Positions 1 to 8,612 of a DNA stretch of 64,000 nt are shown one piece after another. The translations under genes were made by a program, and so were the position numbers. Under the pieces are notes generated by a model. That model was given only the letters and a program-made list of their open reading frames with translations, was not told the origin of the DNA and did not search any database. Position 1 is the stretch's first letter. Each line of letters opens with the position of its first letter. Origin of the DNA: Clostridia bacterium (GTDB lineage Bacteria; Bacillota; Clostridia; UBA1212; DUPL01); contig JBMNIW010000003.1 of assembly GCA_050951325.1 (NCBI GenBank), positions 320,001 through 384,000 of the forward strand, given 5' to 3'.

Positions 1-74
1 TATACTCCATCTTGCCTGATGTCAAGGTAGCGGATGGTTTCTTCGAGCAGTACGGGCGTATGCTGAAAGTCCAT
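1..74 (-). CDS. rsmH: 16S rRNA m4C1402 methyltransferase RsmH (5' part; runs off the window)
   Basis: Manual translation gives MDFQHTPVLLEETIRYLDIRQDGV (H-x-PVLL-x-E motif). SD GAGGTG; lies directly downstream of mraZ. Confidence 0.93.
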   Translation of the reverse strand, partial: MDFQHTPVLLEETIRYLDIRQDGV

Positions 75-87
75 AGTTACCACCTCG

Positions 88-519
88 TTAGAAATCAAAT
101 CCTATTACTGCTTCGTTGAAATCAGGACCTTCAAGATTTTCCTCAGAGTATGCATTCCATCTCTCCCTGTCCCATATTTCAATTCTATCCAGTATTCCAG
201 TTGTTAGTATTTCTTTTTTTAGTCCTGCGTATTCACGAAGTGGTTGGGATACACAAATTCTCCCCTGTGCATCAAAATCACCTTCTTCGGCGAATGCGAG
301 CAGAAACCTTGCCAGCTTACGGGTCTCCACGCCTGTTGACTGCATCTGCATAAGCTTCTCAGTAAGTTCCTGAAAACGCGGTTTCGGGTATATATACACA
401 CAGCCATCCATACCCCTAGTGATAACGAACCCTGTATCACTAAGTGTGTCACGGAATTTTTGTGGTATAACAACACGCCCTTTTGCATCAATGGTGTTGA
501 ATGTAGCACCCGTAAACAA
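88..519 (-). CDS. mraZ: Division/cell-wall cluster transcriptional repressor MraZ
   Basis: 143 aa with two DxxGR motifs (DAKGRVVIP, DAQGRI) and IEIW; upstream of rsmH. Confidence 0.97.
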   Translation of the reverse strand: MFTGATFNTIDAKGRVVIPQKFRDTLSDTGFVITRGMDGCVYIYPKPRFQELTEKLMQMQSTGVETRKLARFLLAFAEEGDFDAQGRICVSQPLREYAGLKKEILTTGILDRIEIWDRERWNAYSEENLEGPDFNEAVIGFDF

Positions 520-568
520 CCACTATGCTCCTTTCGATGCACTTGGCGGGACTTTTTTGTGATTCTTA

Positions 569-604
569 TGCCACTGATTGACACTAATCACCACAAATTC
601 CCCC
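569..604 (-). promoter_or_regulatory. MraZ operator (10-bp-periodic GTGG boxes)
   Basis: Plus-strand CCAC/ACAC/CCAC/CCCC at 571, 581, 591, 601, an exact 10-bp period. They lie just downstream of a TTGTTT-17-TATTAT promoter-like element. Confidence 0.7.
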
Positions 605-674
605 GTCATGCATATAATACACCACTTAAAATAAAAAAACAAGCCCTTTTTTCAAAAATTTTAAATTTTTTTTG

Positions 675-718
675 AAAAAAAAGACCTTCCAATCGAAAAA
701 ACTCGAAAGGAAGGCCCT
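675..718 (-). terminator. Rho-independent terminator after rodA
   Basis: Minus-strand GGGCCTTCC...GGAAGGTC stem followed by a T8 run. Confidence 0.65.
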
Positions 719-740
719 TGATACATATTTTATTCAATAA

Positions 741-1880
741 TTAGTCGTCTATAAACATGCCTTTTTTATTTCTAAGCGATATACTTAGCAATAAACCAAT
801 TGAAAAAAAGTTTGTAACCATGGCACTGCCGCCTTTGCTGACAAAAGGAAGAGGCAGTCCGGTTATCGGCATTATGCCAATATTCATTCCAATGTTCTCA
901 AAAATGTTAAAAGCAAACATGGCAAATATGCCCGCTGCAATACAGGAACCAAAAACATCCCTTGCCCTGTGTGATACCTGAAGCATTCTCAGAAGCATAA
1001 TTGTCATCAGCACAACAATTGCAAATCCTGCGATAAATCCGCCCTCTTCACAAATTACTGCAAATATCATGTCGGACATTTTTACCGGGATCTTTCTTCC
1101 TCTGTTCAAAGGCCCCTGCATATATCCCTTTCCAAAAAGCTGGCCTGAACCTATGGCTGTCATCGCCCTTCTTAATTGTAGTGAATAGTCCTGATACTTG
1201 TCAGGGTTCAAGAAAGATAAAAACCTGTCTCGTTTTACACCATTAAGGTAAAACTTCCATACAAAAGGCACTGCAGCAAGTCCGCCACCAATAATTATTC
1301 CAATCTGCCAAAGCTTTACGTTACCCACAAAAATCATTACCAGGAAAATGAAAATGAATACAAGCGCCATGCCGAGGTCCTTTTGCAATAATACAAGACC
1401 CAATGGAATAAAAAATCCGGCAAGTATGATTATTGCACTGTCCAAGGTCATTCCGTTTTCATTAATTCTTTCCAGGTACTTTGCAATAAGTATAATCATT
1501 GCAATCTTCATTAATTCCGATGGCTGGTACGTGGTAACGTAAAGGTCTATCCAGCTTCTGCTGCCATAGTTTTCAATACCAATAGGGGTGAAAACAAGAA
1601 GCATGACAAACAGATTGAAAACATAAAACGGGAAGCATACGTTTCTGAAAATTGTGTAATCAAAAAAACAGAAAAAGAGCGCAACGATTATGCCGAGTAT
1701 TACACCGGCAATCTGTACTGTCATTGCGCTTGCGCCATTGTCTGCATACATGTCATACATGGCACTATGTAGGAATACAAGCCCTATTGCAGTAATTATT
1801 AGTACGACACCCATCAGCAAATAGTCGAACTTCCTGAAGTAGTCTATTCTCTGACTGCGTTCAATCCCGCTAAACCTCAA
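741..1880 (-). CDS. rodA: SEDS family peptidoglycan glycosyltransferase (RodA/FtsW family)
   Basis: Motifs SRSWI, QPSELMK, QKDLG, AIGSGQLFGKG, SDMIFAV, ITGLPLPFVSKGGS. The FDY N-terminus is RodA-like. Confidence 0.85.
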   Translation of the reverse strand: MRFSGIERSQRIDYFRKFDYLLMGVVLIITAIGLVFLHSAMYDMYADNGASAMTVQIAGVILGIIVALFFCFFDYTIFRNVCFPFYVFNLFVMLLVFTPIGIENYGSRSWIDLYVTTYQPSELMKIAMIILIAKYLERINENGMTLDSAIIILAGFFIPLGLVLLQKDLGMALVFIFIFLVMIFVGNVKLWQIGIIIGGGLAAVPFVWKFYLNGVKRDRFLSFLNPDKYQDYSLQLRRAMTAIGSGQLFGKGYMQGPLNRGRKIPVKMSDMIFAVICEEGGFIAGFAIVVLMTIMLLRMLQVSHRARDVFGSCIAAGIFAMFAFNIFENIGMNIGIMPITGLPLPFVSKGGSAMVTNFFSIGLLLSISLRNKKGMFIDD

Positions 1881-1893
1881 TTATCTCACCTGG

Positions 1894-2880
1894 TTATTCC
1901 CGTTCAGTGTATTCATCTTGTAGTTCATAAGCCATCAGTTCAGCCTGTCTTGCAGCTTCAAGTGCTTCAGCTTCCTGCATGGTATCTTCTTCATCGGATG
2001 TTTCAATAACCTCGACTATTTTCCTTAATGAACTTTCTTCCTCAGAAGTCTCAATCATCTTCAGTTTGTGCCTTCTTCTAATATCAATCAAAAGCGTAAT
2101 ACCAAGAACAAAAATAACTATTGAGATAAGTCTTGAAACTCTGACATTGCCAAGCATCAGGCTGTCAACCCTCAACGACTCGATAATCGCTCTTGCAATT
2201 CCATATATAATCATATACAGACAGAGGATTTCTCCCTTTTCCTTCTGCCATCTCTTTCTGTAAATCATCATGAATGCAAATCCAACGAAGCAAATCAAGG
2301 ACTCATACAGAAAGGTCGGATGCACAAGCTGCTGCCTTGACAGTCCGTAGTATTCAAGCCTTTCTTTTATCAGATTTCCCGTCATGCCCCAAGGAAGATT
2401 TGTAGCTCCACCGAAAGCTTCCTGGTTGGTAAAGTTGCCCCAGCGGCCTATTGCCTGTCCAAGCATGATGTATGGTGCGGCAAAGTCAAGCACGTTCAGC
2501 ACCGACTTTTTCTTTACCTTGGAAACAATAAGCACGGTTATCACCGCAAATATGACGCCGCCGTAAATGGCAAGGCCGCCCTGCCTTATGTTGAATATTT
2601 CTTTTAGGTTGTCCTTGTACTCATCAAAAGCAAAAACCACATAGAACAATCTTGCTCCAACAATGGCTGCAGGCATTGCAAACAAGAGATAATCAAGCAA
2701 ATCGTCTTTTGAGATGTCGAAATTCTCGCAAACCCTCATTGCGAGAATAATGCTTAACAGGAAACCAAAACATATTATGATTCCGTACCATTTTATCTCA
2801 AAATTGCCAATTGCATCAAATGCAACATCATTAATGTTGAACTCTAAACCGAGTTTTGGAAATTCAATTATGTTATCCAC
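1894..2880 (-). CDS. lgt: Prolipoprotein diacylglyceryl transferase
   Basis: Motifs WYGIII, GARLFYV, GGLAIYGG, GQAIGRWGNFTNQEAFG, HPTFLYES; extra acidic C-terminal tail. Confidence 0.97.
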   Translation of the reverse strand: MDNIIEFPKLGLEFNINDVAFDAIGNFEIKWYGIIICFGFLLSIILAMRVCENFDISKDDLLDYLLFAMPAAIVGARLFYVVFAFDEYKDNLKEIFNIRQGGLAIYGGVIFAVITVLIVSKVKKKSVLNVLDFAAPYIMLGQAIGRWGNFTNQEAFGGATNLPWGMTGNLIKERLEYYGLSRQQLVHPTFLYESLICFVGFAFMMIYRKRWQKEKGEILCLYMIIYGIARAIIESLRVDSLMLGNVRVSRLISIVIFVLGITLLIDIRRRHKLKMIETSEEESSLRKIVEVIETSDEEDTMQEAEALEAARQAELMAYELQDEYTERE

Positions 2881-2895
2881 ACGAAACCTCCTGAA

Positions 2896-4170
2896 TCATT
2901 TAGGATTTACAATGGAGACAGCCATAGGTTTCAGGAAAACTTCCTCAAAGATATGGTAACTCTCATCAAGATTTATTGTACCATATGCGGTAAAATAGTC
3001 AAATGCATCAACACCAATAAGATATGAAGATGCAAACATTCTACCCATGGATTCCGGTGAATTGAACCTTCTCAACACACGGCCAGAAAGTGCGTTCTTA
3101 ACCATTTCAAAATACTTTTTGTCAAATCCGTTTTTCCTAATCTCTTCAATATACTGTTCAAGATATTCCCTTACCCGCTGGGGTTTTTGAGATTCTCCAC
3201 CAAGGCTGAAAAGAGCGTAATTTGCACCCGTCTCATAATCTGCATAGAAGTCATTGCTTATGACTCCTTCGTTGTATAATGTCTCGTAAAAAGTAGACAC
3301 TTTGCCAAACATCATTTCCTTTAAGATGCTGCCTGCAATCTCTCTTCTAACCCTTTCAGATCCAAAAAGCTTGACAGGATCATCCTTGAATCCAATATTG
3401 AATAGCGGCAATGACACATCCATGGTTAAAATGCTTTCAGTACCCTTCAAGGCCAGGGGCTCCTCCTTCTCAATCCTCTTTATATCCCCTTCCCTTCCAG
3501 TTTTGGGAATATGCCTGTCGACAACATCTTGAATTTCCTTCGGATCCACATCGCCAACTACTGTAACAACCATGTTTGATGGATGATAGAAGGTTTCATG
3601 GCATTTTAAAAGTATATCCGCAGTAATTTTAGAAATACTCTCAACAGACCCAGCTATGTCGTTCCTTATAGGGTTGTTGTGGTACATAAGCCTCAATAGC
3701 TCCATGGACACTATAAAGTCAGGTGCATCCAGATACATGTTTATTTCTTGGGATATAATTCCCTTTTCCTTCTCTACGCTTTCTTCAGTAATATATGGAT
3801 TCAATACAAAGTAAAGAAGGTTGCCAAAACACTCTTCAAACCTGTCTGTGCAGGTAAAGTAATAATAGGTCCAATTGAAACTGGTTGCCGCATTGGGACT
3901 TGCACCAAGAGATACAAACTTATCCAGCATATTTCCATCTTCCTGCTCAAACAGTTTGTGTTCCAGAAAATGCGCAACTCCATCGGGCACCTTTGTGACA
4001 TGATTATCCATAGGAGCAACAAACTCCGAATCAACAGACCCAAACCTTACAGCAAATATGGCAAACTTTTTATAAAATCCAGGCTTTGGTACTACCTGTA
4101 CGCGCAAACCCGACTCATGATCATACTCTATAAGTTTCTCGTCAAACTCGACTCTTGTTCTCAAATTCAT
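2896..4170 (-). CDS. ymfH: M16 family zinc peptidase, YmfH-like (catalytic HxxEH subunit)
   Basis: DGVAHFLEHKLFE, NAATS, EKEKGII. Confidence 0.85.
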   Translation of the reverse strand: MNLRTRVEFDEKLIEYDHESGLRVQVVPKPGFYKKFAIFAVRFGSVDSEFVAPMDNHVTKVPDGVAHFLEHKLFEQEDGNMLDKFVSLGASPNAATSFNWTYYYFTCTDRFEECFGNLLYFVLNPYITEESVEKEKGIISQEINMYLDAPDFIVSMELLRLMYHNNPIRNDIAGSVESISKITADILLKCHETFYHPSNMVVTVVGDVDPKEIQDVVDRHIPKTGREGDIKRIEKEEPLALKGTESILTMDVSLPLFNIGFKDDPVKLFGSERVRREIAGSILKEMMFGKVSTFYETLYNEGVISNDFYADYETGANYALFSLGGESQKPQRVREYLEQYIEEIRKNGFDKKYFEMVKNALSGRVLRRFNSPESMGRMFASSYLIGVDAFDYFTAYGTINLDESYHIFEEVFLKPMAVSIVNPK

Positions 4171-5462
4171 GATTCAATAACCTCCATATTGTTGGATGTC
4201 AAAAAATATACCGTATCAAGCTTTATTTTCTGTGCGCATCTTACAGCATCCTCCACTGTCACGTTGCTTATCTTCTCTATAAATTCGTCAAGATGCAAAA
4301 TCTCCGTATTCAGGAATGTCTGCCCTATAAAAAAGTCCATTATGGCGAACTGGGTATCCTTGAAAGAATTGAAAGCATTTTTAAACATCCTGATGGTGGA
4401 CTCATATTCGTTTTCAGTTACATTTCCGTCCTTTACTTCCTGTAATTGCTTCAGTATAAGCTCTTCCGCCTTTTCCTTGTTTGCAATCTCAATACCACTG
4501 TACGCTACCATCAGACCCTTGTATCTCTCAATTCTTGAAGCGGCGTAATATGCAAGGCTGTTCTTCTCCCTTACATTCTGAAACAGCTTGGAGTGAACAC
4601 CGGCACCAAATATTCCATTGGCAACACAAAGAGCATAAAAATCGTCACTGTCAGGATCCACATTGGTCCTGAATCCAATGGTTAGCTTGCCTTGCGTCAC
4701 GTCCATCTTTTCAACAACATCGTTTCTTTCTATGGTGCCAAATTCCCTGTATCCAAGATTCAGCTTTATCTTTTCTCCTGCAAATTCGTCCTTGAAAGAA
4801 TTCAATACTTCCATTAGGTCATCAGGCTTGTTCCTGCCGCAGAAAAATATCTTTACAGGCAGTTTCTTCAAAAAGAATTCGCTGTAATATTTGTAGAGTT
4901 CCGTTTCCGTAAGATGCTCTCCGTCTTCCACAGACCCTAATTCCTTTATGCCAAAAGGTTCATCCTTGCACATAAGCTCCTGGCAGCGGACAATTGCGTA
5001 GCTCTGTTTGTTGTTTATCAAGGACCTAATAATATTGTTATTGTTCACTCTCTCCTGCTGAAAATATTCTTTTTTAAATCCGCTACCCTCTACAACAGGA
5101 TTGCAAATAATATTGAACAATAGTTCAACCAGTTCTCTCACCAAATTCTTATAGTTCTTTGCATAAACTTCCTCCACGAAATCAGCAACGAACTGTATAA
5201 GCTGTATCTCACCCTTTTTCTCTACATTGGTGGAAAAACCCGCACCATAAAGAGACATGAGCTTTATGGAGATGTCCCTCTGGGTTGGGTGTGTTTTGCA
5301 GCCCCTCGCCAGGATTGATGGTATAAGGGCGTTTTTGTATGCCCTTTCCTTGCTCAAATTGTCGCAAAAAGTAATGTTTATGCTGCCTGTCTTGAATTTT
5401 GATGAGCGAATGTAATATACGTCTATCCCGTTAATCTCAGCTATTTTCTCCATTAACACCAT
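4167..5462 (-). CDS. ymfF: M16 family peptidase, YmfF-like (non-catalytic partner)
   Basis: KFKT, QGKLTIGFR, HSKLFQNVREKNSLAYY; no HxxEH; 4-bp overlap with ymfH. The start may be ATG at 5453. Confidence 0.85.
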   Translation of the reverse strand: MVLMEKIAEINGIDVYYIRSSKFKTGSINITFCDNLSKERAYKNALIPSILARGCKTHPTQRDISIKLMSLYGAGFSTNVEKKGEIQLIQFVADFVEEVYAKNYKNLVRELVELLFNIICNPVVEGSGFKKEYFQQERVNNNNIIRSLINNKQSYAIVRCQELMCKDEPFGIKELGSVEDGEHLTETELYKYYSEFFLKKLPVKIFFCGRNKPDDLMEVLNSFKDEFAGEKIKLNLGYREFGTIERNDVVEKMDVTQGKLTIGFRTNVDPDSDDFYALCVANGIFGAGVHSKLFQNVREKNSLAYYAASRIERYKGLMVAYSGIEIANKEKAEELILKQLQEVKDGNVTENEYESTIRMFKNAFNSFKDTQFAIMDFFIGQTFLNTEILHLDEFIEKISNVTVEDAVRCAQKIKLDTVYFLTSNNMEVIES

Positions 5463-6399
5463 TCCTTCTGCTCGTCATTTTGAAATATTGTTTTGCATCA
5501 TCTATATCAGTTGCAATTCTAGCTCTAAGCTCGTCCACGCTGTTAAACACCATTTCATCCCGCAGTTTTTTATAAAAAAAGACTTCGATGTTCTGACCAT
5601 ATAATTTATCTTCGTAATCAAAAATATGCGTCTCTATTGTAGTAAGCTTGCATCCAAAGGTTGGATTGTTCCCTATATTCGTTATGCTTTCGTACATAAC
5701 ATCACCGAGTTTAGTTTTTGTGGCATAAACACCTGCACTTGGCAGAGCGTACCCTTCTCTTGGCAGAATATTTGCAGTAGGAAAACCAATTTTCGAGCCA
5801 ACCTTCCTGCCCACTGTAACTTCTCCGGGAATTGAATATTGCCTGTTTGTCATACTTGTATACTTCTCCATGTCTCCCAAGGAAATAAGTTTTCGTAGAA
5901 AAGTACTGGAAACTGCAGTGCCTTCAACTTCCACCGGCGGCACAATAACTGTTTTAAAATTGAACTCTTTTCCGAGTTCAATTAAATCATTTGCTTTTCC
6001 TAATCCTTTTATTCCAAAAGTATAGTCGTAACCCACAACCAACAATTTGGCATTGAATTCTCCAACCAGAATATTTTTTACAAAATCATACGGTTTTATT
6101 TTGGAAAATTCTTCAGTAAACTCTTCGAAATATAAAATATCAATATTATGTTTTTCCAGTATGGATGCTTTTTGTTCGTTTGAAAGAATGATAGGGGTTT
6201 TTTTGTCCTTTTTAAGAATGTTTTCGGGATGTCTTCTGAAAGTATAAATAACGGACGGGATCCCTAATTTTCCACACTCTTCTGACAGCACGTCAATAAT
6301 TCTGGCATGACCCAAATGTATTCCGTCAAAATTACCAAGACCCAGTCCGTATGAATTTTCAGGGATTCTTGTGTTTGATAATCTGTACAGTACTTCCAT
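5437..6399 (-). CDS. ribF: Bifunctional riboflavin kinase/FAD synthetase
   Basis: GNFDGIHLGH, VSST, GFPTAN, NIGNNPTF, ETHIFD. Start set at the SD-preceded ATG 6399. Confidence 0.97.
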   Translation of the reverse strand: MEVLYRLSNTRIPENSYGLGLGNFDGIHLGHARIIDVLSEECGKLGIPSVIYTFRRHPENILKKDKKTPIILSNEQKASILEKHNIDILYFEEFTEEFSKIKPYDFVKNILVGEFNAKLLVVGYDYTFGIKGLGKANDLIELGKEFNFKTVIVPPVEVEGTAVSSTFLRKLISLGDMEKYTSMTNRQYSIPGEVTVGRKVGSKIGFPTANILPREGYALPSAGVYATKTKLGDVMYESITNIGNNPTFGCKLTTIETHIFDYEDKLYGQNIEVFFYKKLRDEMVFNSVDELRARIATDIDDAKQYFKMTSRRNGVNGENS

Positions 6400-6409
6400 T
6401 ACTCTTCCC

Positions 6410-7276
6410 CTATTCACCAAAATATTTCCATGGCTTTAATACAGTATTTCCATCTTTCGTTTTCTCGTTTCTTGCTAGAGCCAATAGTTCACCCTTATGA
6501 TAAACTCTTATGCCCTCTTCTTCAAAAATTCCATTAATCAAAACACTTCTGCCATTCAAATAATCGACTTTCTGCTTGTCATTTATCTTAACGGAAGGAA
6601 AGTGTTTAAGCACCAGGTCTACAGGATGAGCATACTCCATATAATTCTCATTAATATTTTCAAGCCTGACAGCATCTTTATAATCAAACATGCCGTAATG
6701 GGTACGAATAAGAGAATACATGCATGCAGCGCTGTTTAAAGCAACCCCTATATCCCTGCACAAGGACCTAATGTAGGTACCTTTGGAACAGTTCACATGA
6801 ATTCTTGCAATGTTTCTTTCAAAAGCCAAAATGTCTATTGAATAAATCTCAATATCCCTTGCTTTAGGTTCCACTGCTTTACCCTTCCTTGCCAGCTTGT
6901 ACATGGGAACTCCATCAACTTTTATTGCAGAGTATACCGGCGGAATCTGTTTCTGATGGCCAAGAAAGCTTTTTATGACCTCCAATAGCGCTTCATCTGT
7001 TATATGTGAGTACTCCTCTTCCCTAACAACCTCGCCCCATATGTCGCAGGTATCCGTCTCCTTGCCAAACAGAATTTCACATTCATAGCCTTTGTCAAAA
7101 TCCAAAAAAAACTCGTTTACCCTGGTGGACTTGTCAAGCATGACTGGAAGAACACCTTCCGCATTCGGGTCCAATGTGCCTGCATGTCCAGCTTTTTTAG
7201 CCTTTGTTCTTCTCCTTACTTCACTCACGCATTGGAAGGACGATATTCCCTTTGGCTTGTAGACATTAAGTATCAT
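6410..7276 (-). CDS. truB: tRNA pseudouridine(55) synthase TruB
   Basis: GHAGTLDP, QIPPVYSAIKVDG, CSKGTYIRSL. Confidence 0.98.
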   Translation of the reverse strand: MILNVYKPKGISSFQCVSEVRRRTKAKKAGHAGTLDPNAEGVLPVMLDKSTRVNEFFLDFDKGYECEILFGKETDTCDIWGEVVREEEYSHITDEALLEVIKSFLGHQKQIPPVYSAIKVDGVPMYKLARKGKAVEPKARDIEIYSIDILAFERNIARIHVNCSKGTYIRSLCRDIGVALNSAACMYSLIRTHYGMFDYKDAVRLENINENYMEYAHPVDLVLKHFPSVKINDKQKVDYLNGRSVLINGIFEEEGIRVYHKGELLALARNEKTKDGNTVLKPWKYFGE

Positions 7277-8243
7277 TGAGAGTTCTTCCCAACCTTTCCA
7301 AAAGCATTTTCTTCATTGATTGTTCGTCTCCATAATATGTGAAACCTGCTGCTCTTTTATGCCCTCCTCCATTAAAGGAAGCGGCAATTTCCGCCACATC
7401 AACTATCTCATTCGATCTAAGACTTGCTTTTAATTCGTCTTCCTTATCTCCCTGCCTTATGAACACAGAGGTATCCACGCCTTCTATCTCTCTTAAATAC
7501 GTGGCAAGCCCTTCACTGTCTTCCATGATGGCTCCCGCCTTTTCAAAATCCTCTTTTGCAAGGTATGCATAAACAACCCTTTCATTAAAAAAGAACTCCA
7601 TCTTCGAGACCGCAATATTATACAGTTTTATCATTCCTTTTGATTTCTCCTGGAAAATCCTGCTTATGTAAGACAGATCTCCCAGCTTGGATAGAATCTT
7701 TGCTGTTATTAAATGCACTCTTTCATCCGTGTTTGAATGCTTGAATCCGCCCGTGTCGGTATAAATCCCTGTATAGATTCTAATTGCTGCCTCATCCGAT
7801 ATCTCACCAACGAGTTCAGTCAAAAGCTCCCATATGGCGACACATGTGGCAGCCCACTTTGTATCTACAAAATTGTAATCTCCAAAGTCATCCTTGGAGA
7901 TGTGATGGTCAATTTTCATGGTAACAGCAGCACTTTTAAACAATTCAGCTCTTTTTCCAAGCCTCTTCATATCGCCACTGTCAACAGCAATACTCAAGTC
8001 AAACCTGCGTGTTTCCATGCCCACTTCATACACAACAGTGTCAATGCCTTTGGAGGAAAGGAACACCAGCTTTTTCTGCATCTCCTCATCCAAAAACACG
8101 CAAGTCTCCTTGCCCAGTCTTTTTAGCTCTATTGCCAATGCAAAAGCAGAACCCAAAGCATCGCCATCCGCATCATAATGCGTAAATATGGAAATGCTTC
8201 GGGCTTTGTTTATAACCTCAACAGCTTTGGACCAGCTATTCAT
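7266..8243 (-). CDS. nrnA: DHH/DHHA1 phosphoesterase (NrnA oligoribonuclease/PAP phosphatase)
   Basis: HYDADGDALGS, IDHH, TDTGGF, GGGHKRAAG; canonical position between rbfA and truB. Start at the GGAGG-preceded ATG 8243. Confidence 0.9.
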   Translation of the reverse strand: MNSWSKAVEVINKARSISIFTHYDADGDALGSAFALAIELKRLGKETCVFLDEEMQKKLVFLSSKGIDTVVYEVGMETRRFDLSIAVDSGDMKRLGKRAELFKSAAVTMKIDHHISKDDFGDYNFVDTKWAATCVAIWELLTELVGEISDEAAIRIYTGIYTDTGGFKHSNTDERVHLITAKILSKLGDLSYISRIFQEKSKGMIKLYNIAVSKMEFFFNERVVYAYLAKEDFEKAGAIMEDSEGLATYLREIEGVDTSVFIRQGDKEDELKASLRSNEIVDVAEIAASFNGGGHKRAAGFTYYGDEQSMKKMLLERLGRTLNDT

Positions 8244-8610
8244 CGCTGCCTCCGTCATCCCTCTCTTCCTTTGGAACAACCTTGTCTATGAGTTCGGACA
8301 TGTATGCTCCGTACTCAATAGACTCGTCCAGCTTGAAGTCAAGCTCTGGAAGAGCACGTATTATCATACGCCTTCCTATCTCTCTTCTTATATACCCGGC
8401 GCTTTTTTTCAATGCAAGCATGCAGGAAGCCTTGTCTGCCTCGCTGCCGTATATGCTTACATAAACCTTTGCATGCTTTAGATCTTTTGTAAGATCCACT
8501 TTCGTCACGGAGGTCATTTGAGGTATTCTAGGATCTTTGAGATCATACATAAGAATATCGGAAATGACCTTTTTCATTTCATTTGCAATCCTAACAGTTC
8601 TTCCGTCCAT
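8236..8610 (-). CDS. rbfA: Ribosome-binding factor A
   Basis: LKDPRI, DLKHAKVYVS, PELDFKLDES; follows infB. Confidence 0.97.
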   Translation of the reverse strand: MDGRTVRIANEMKKVISDILMYDLKDPRIPQMTSVTKVDLTKDLKHAKVYVSIYGSEADKASCMLALKKSAGYIRREIGRRMIIRALPELDFKLDESIEYGAYMSELIDKVVPKEERDDGGSDE

Positions 8611-8612
8611 TT

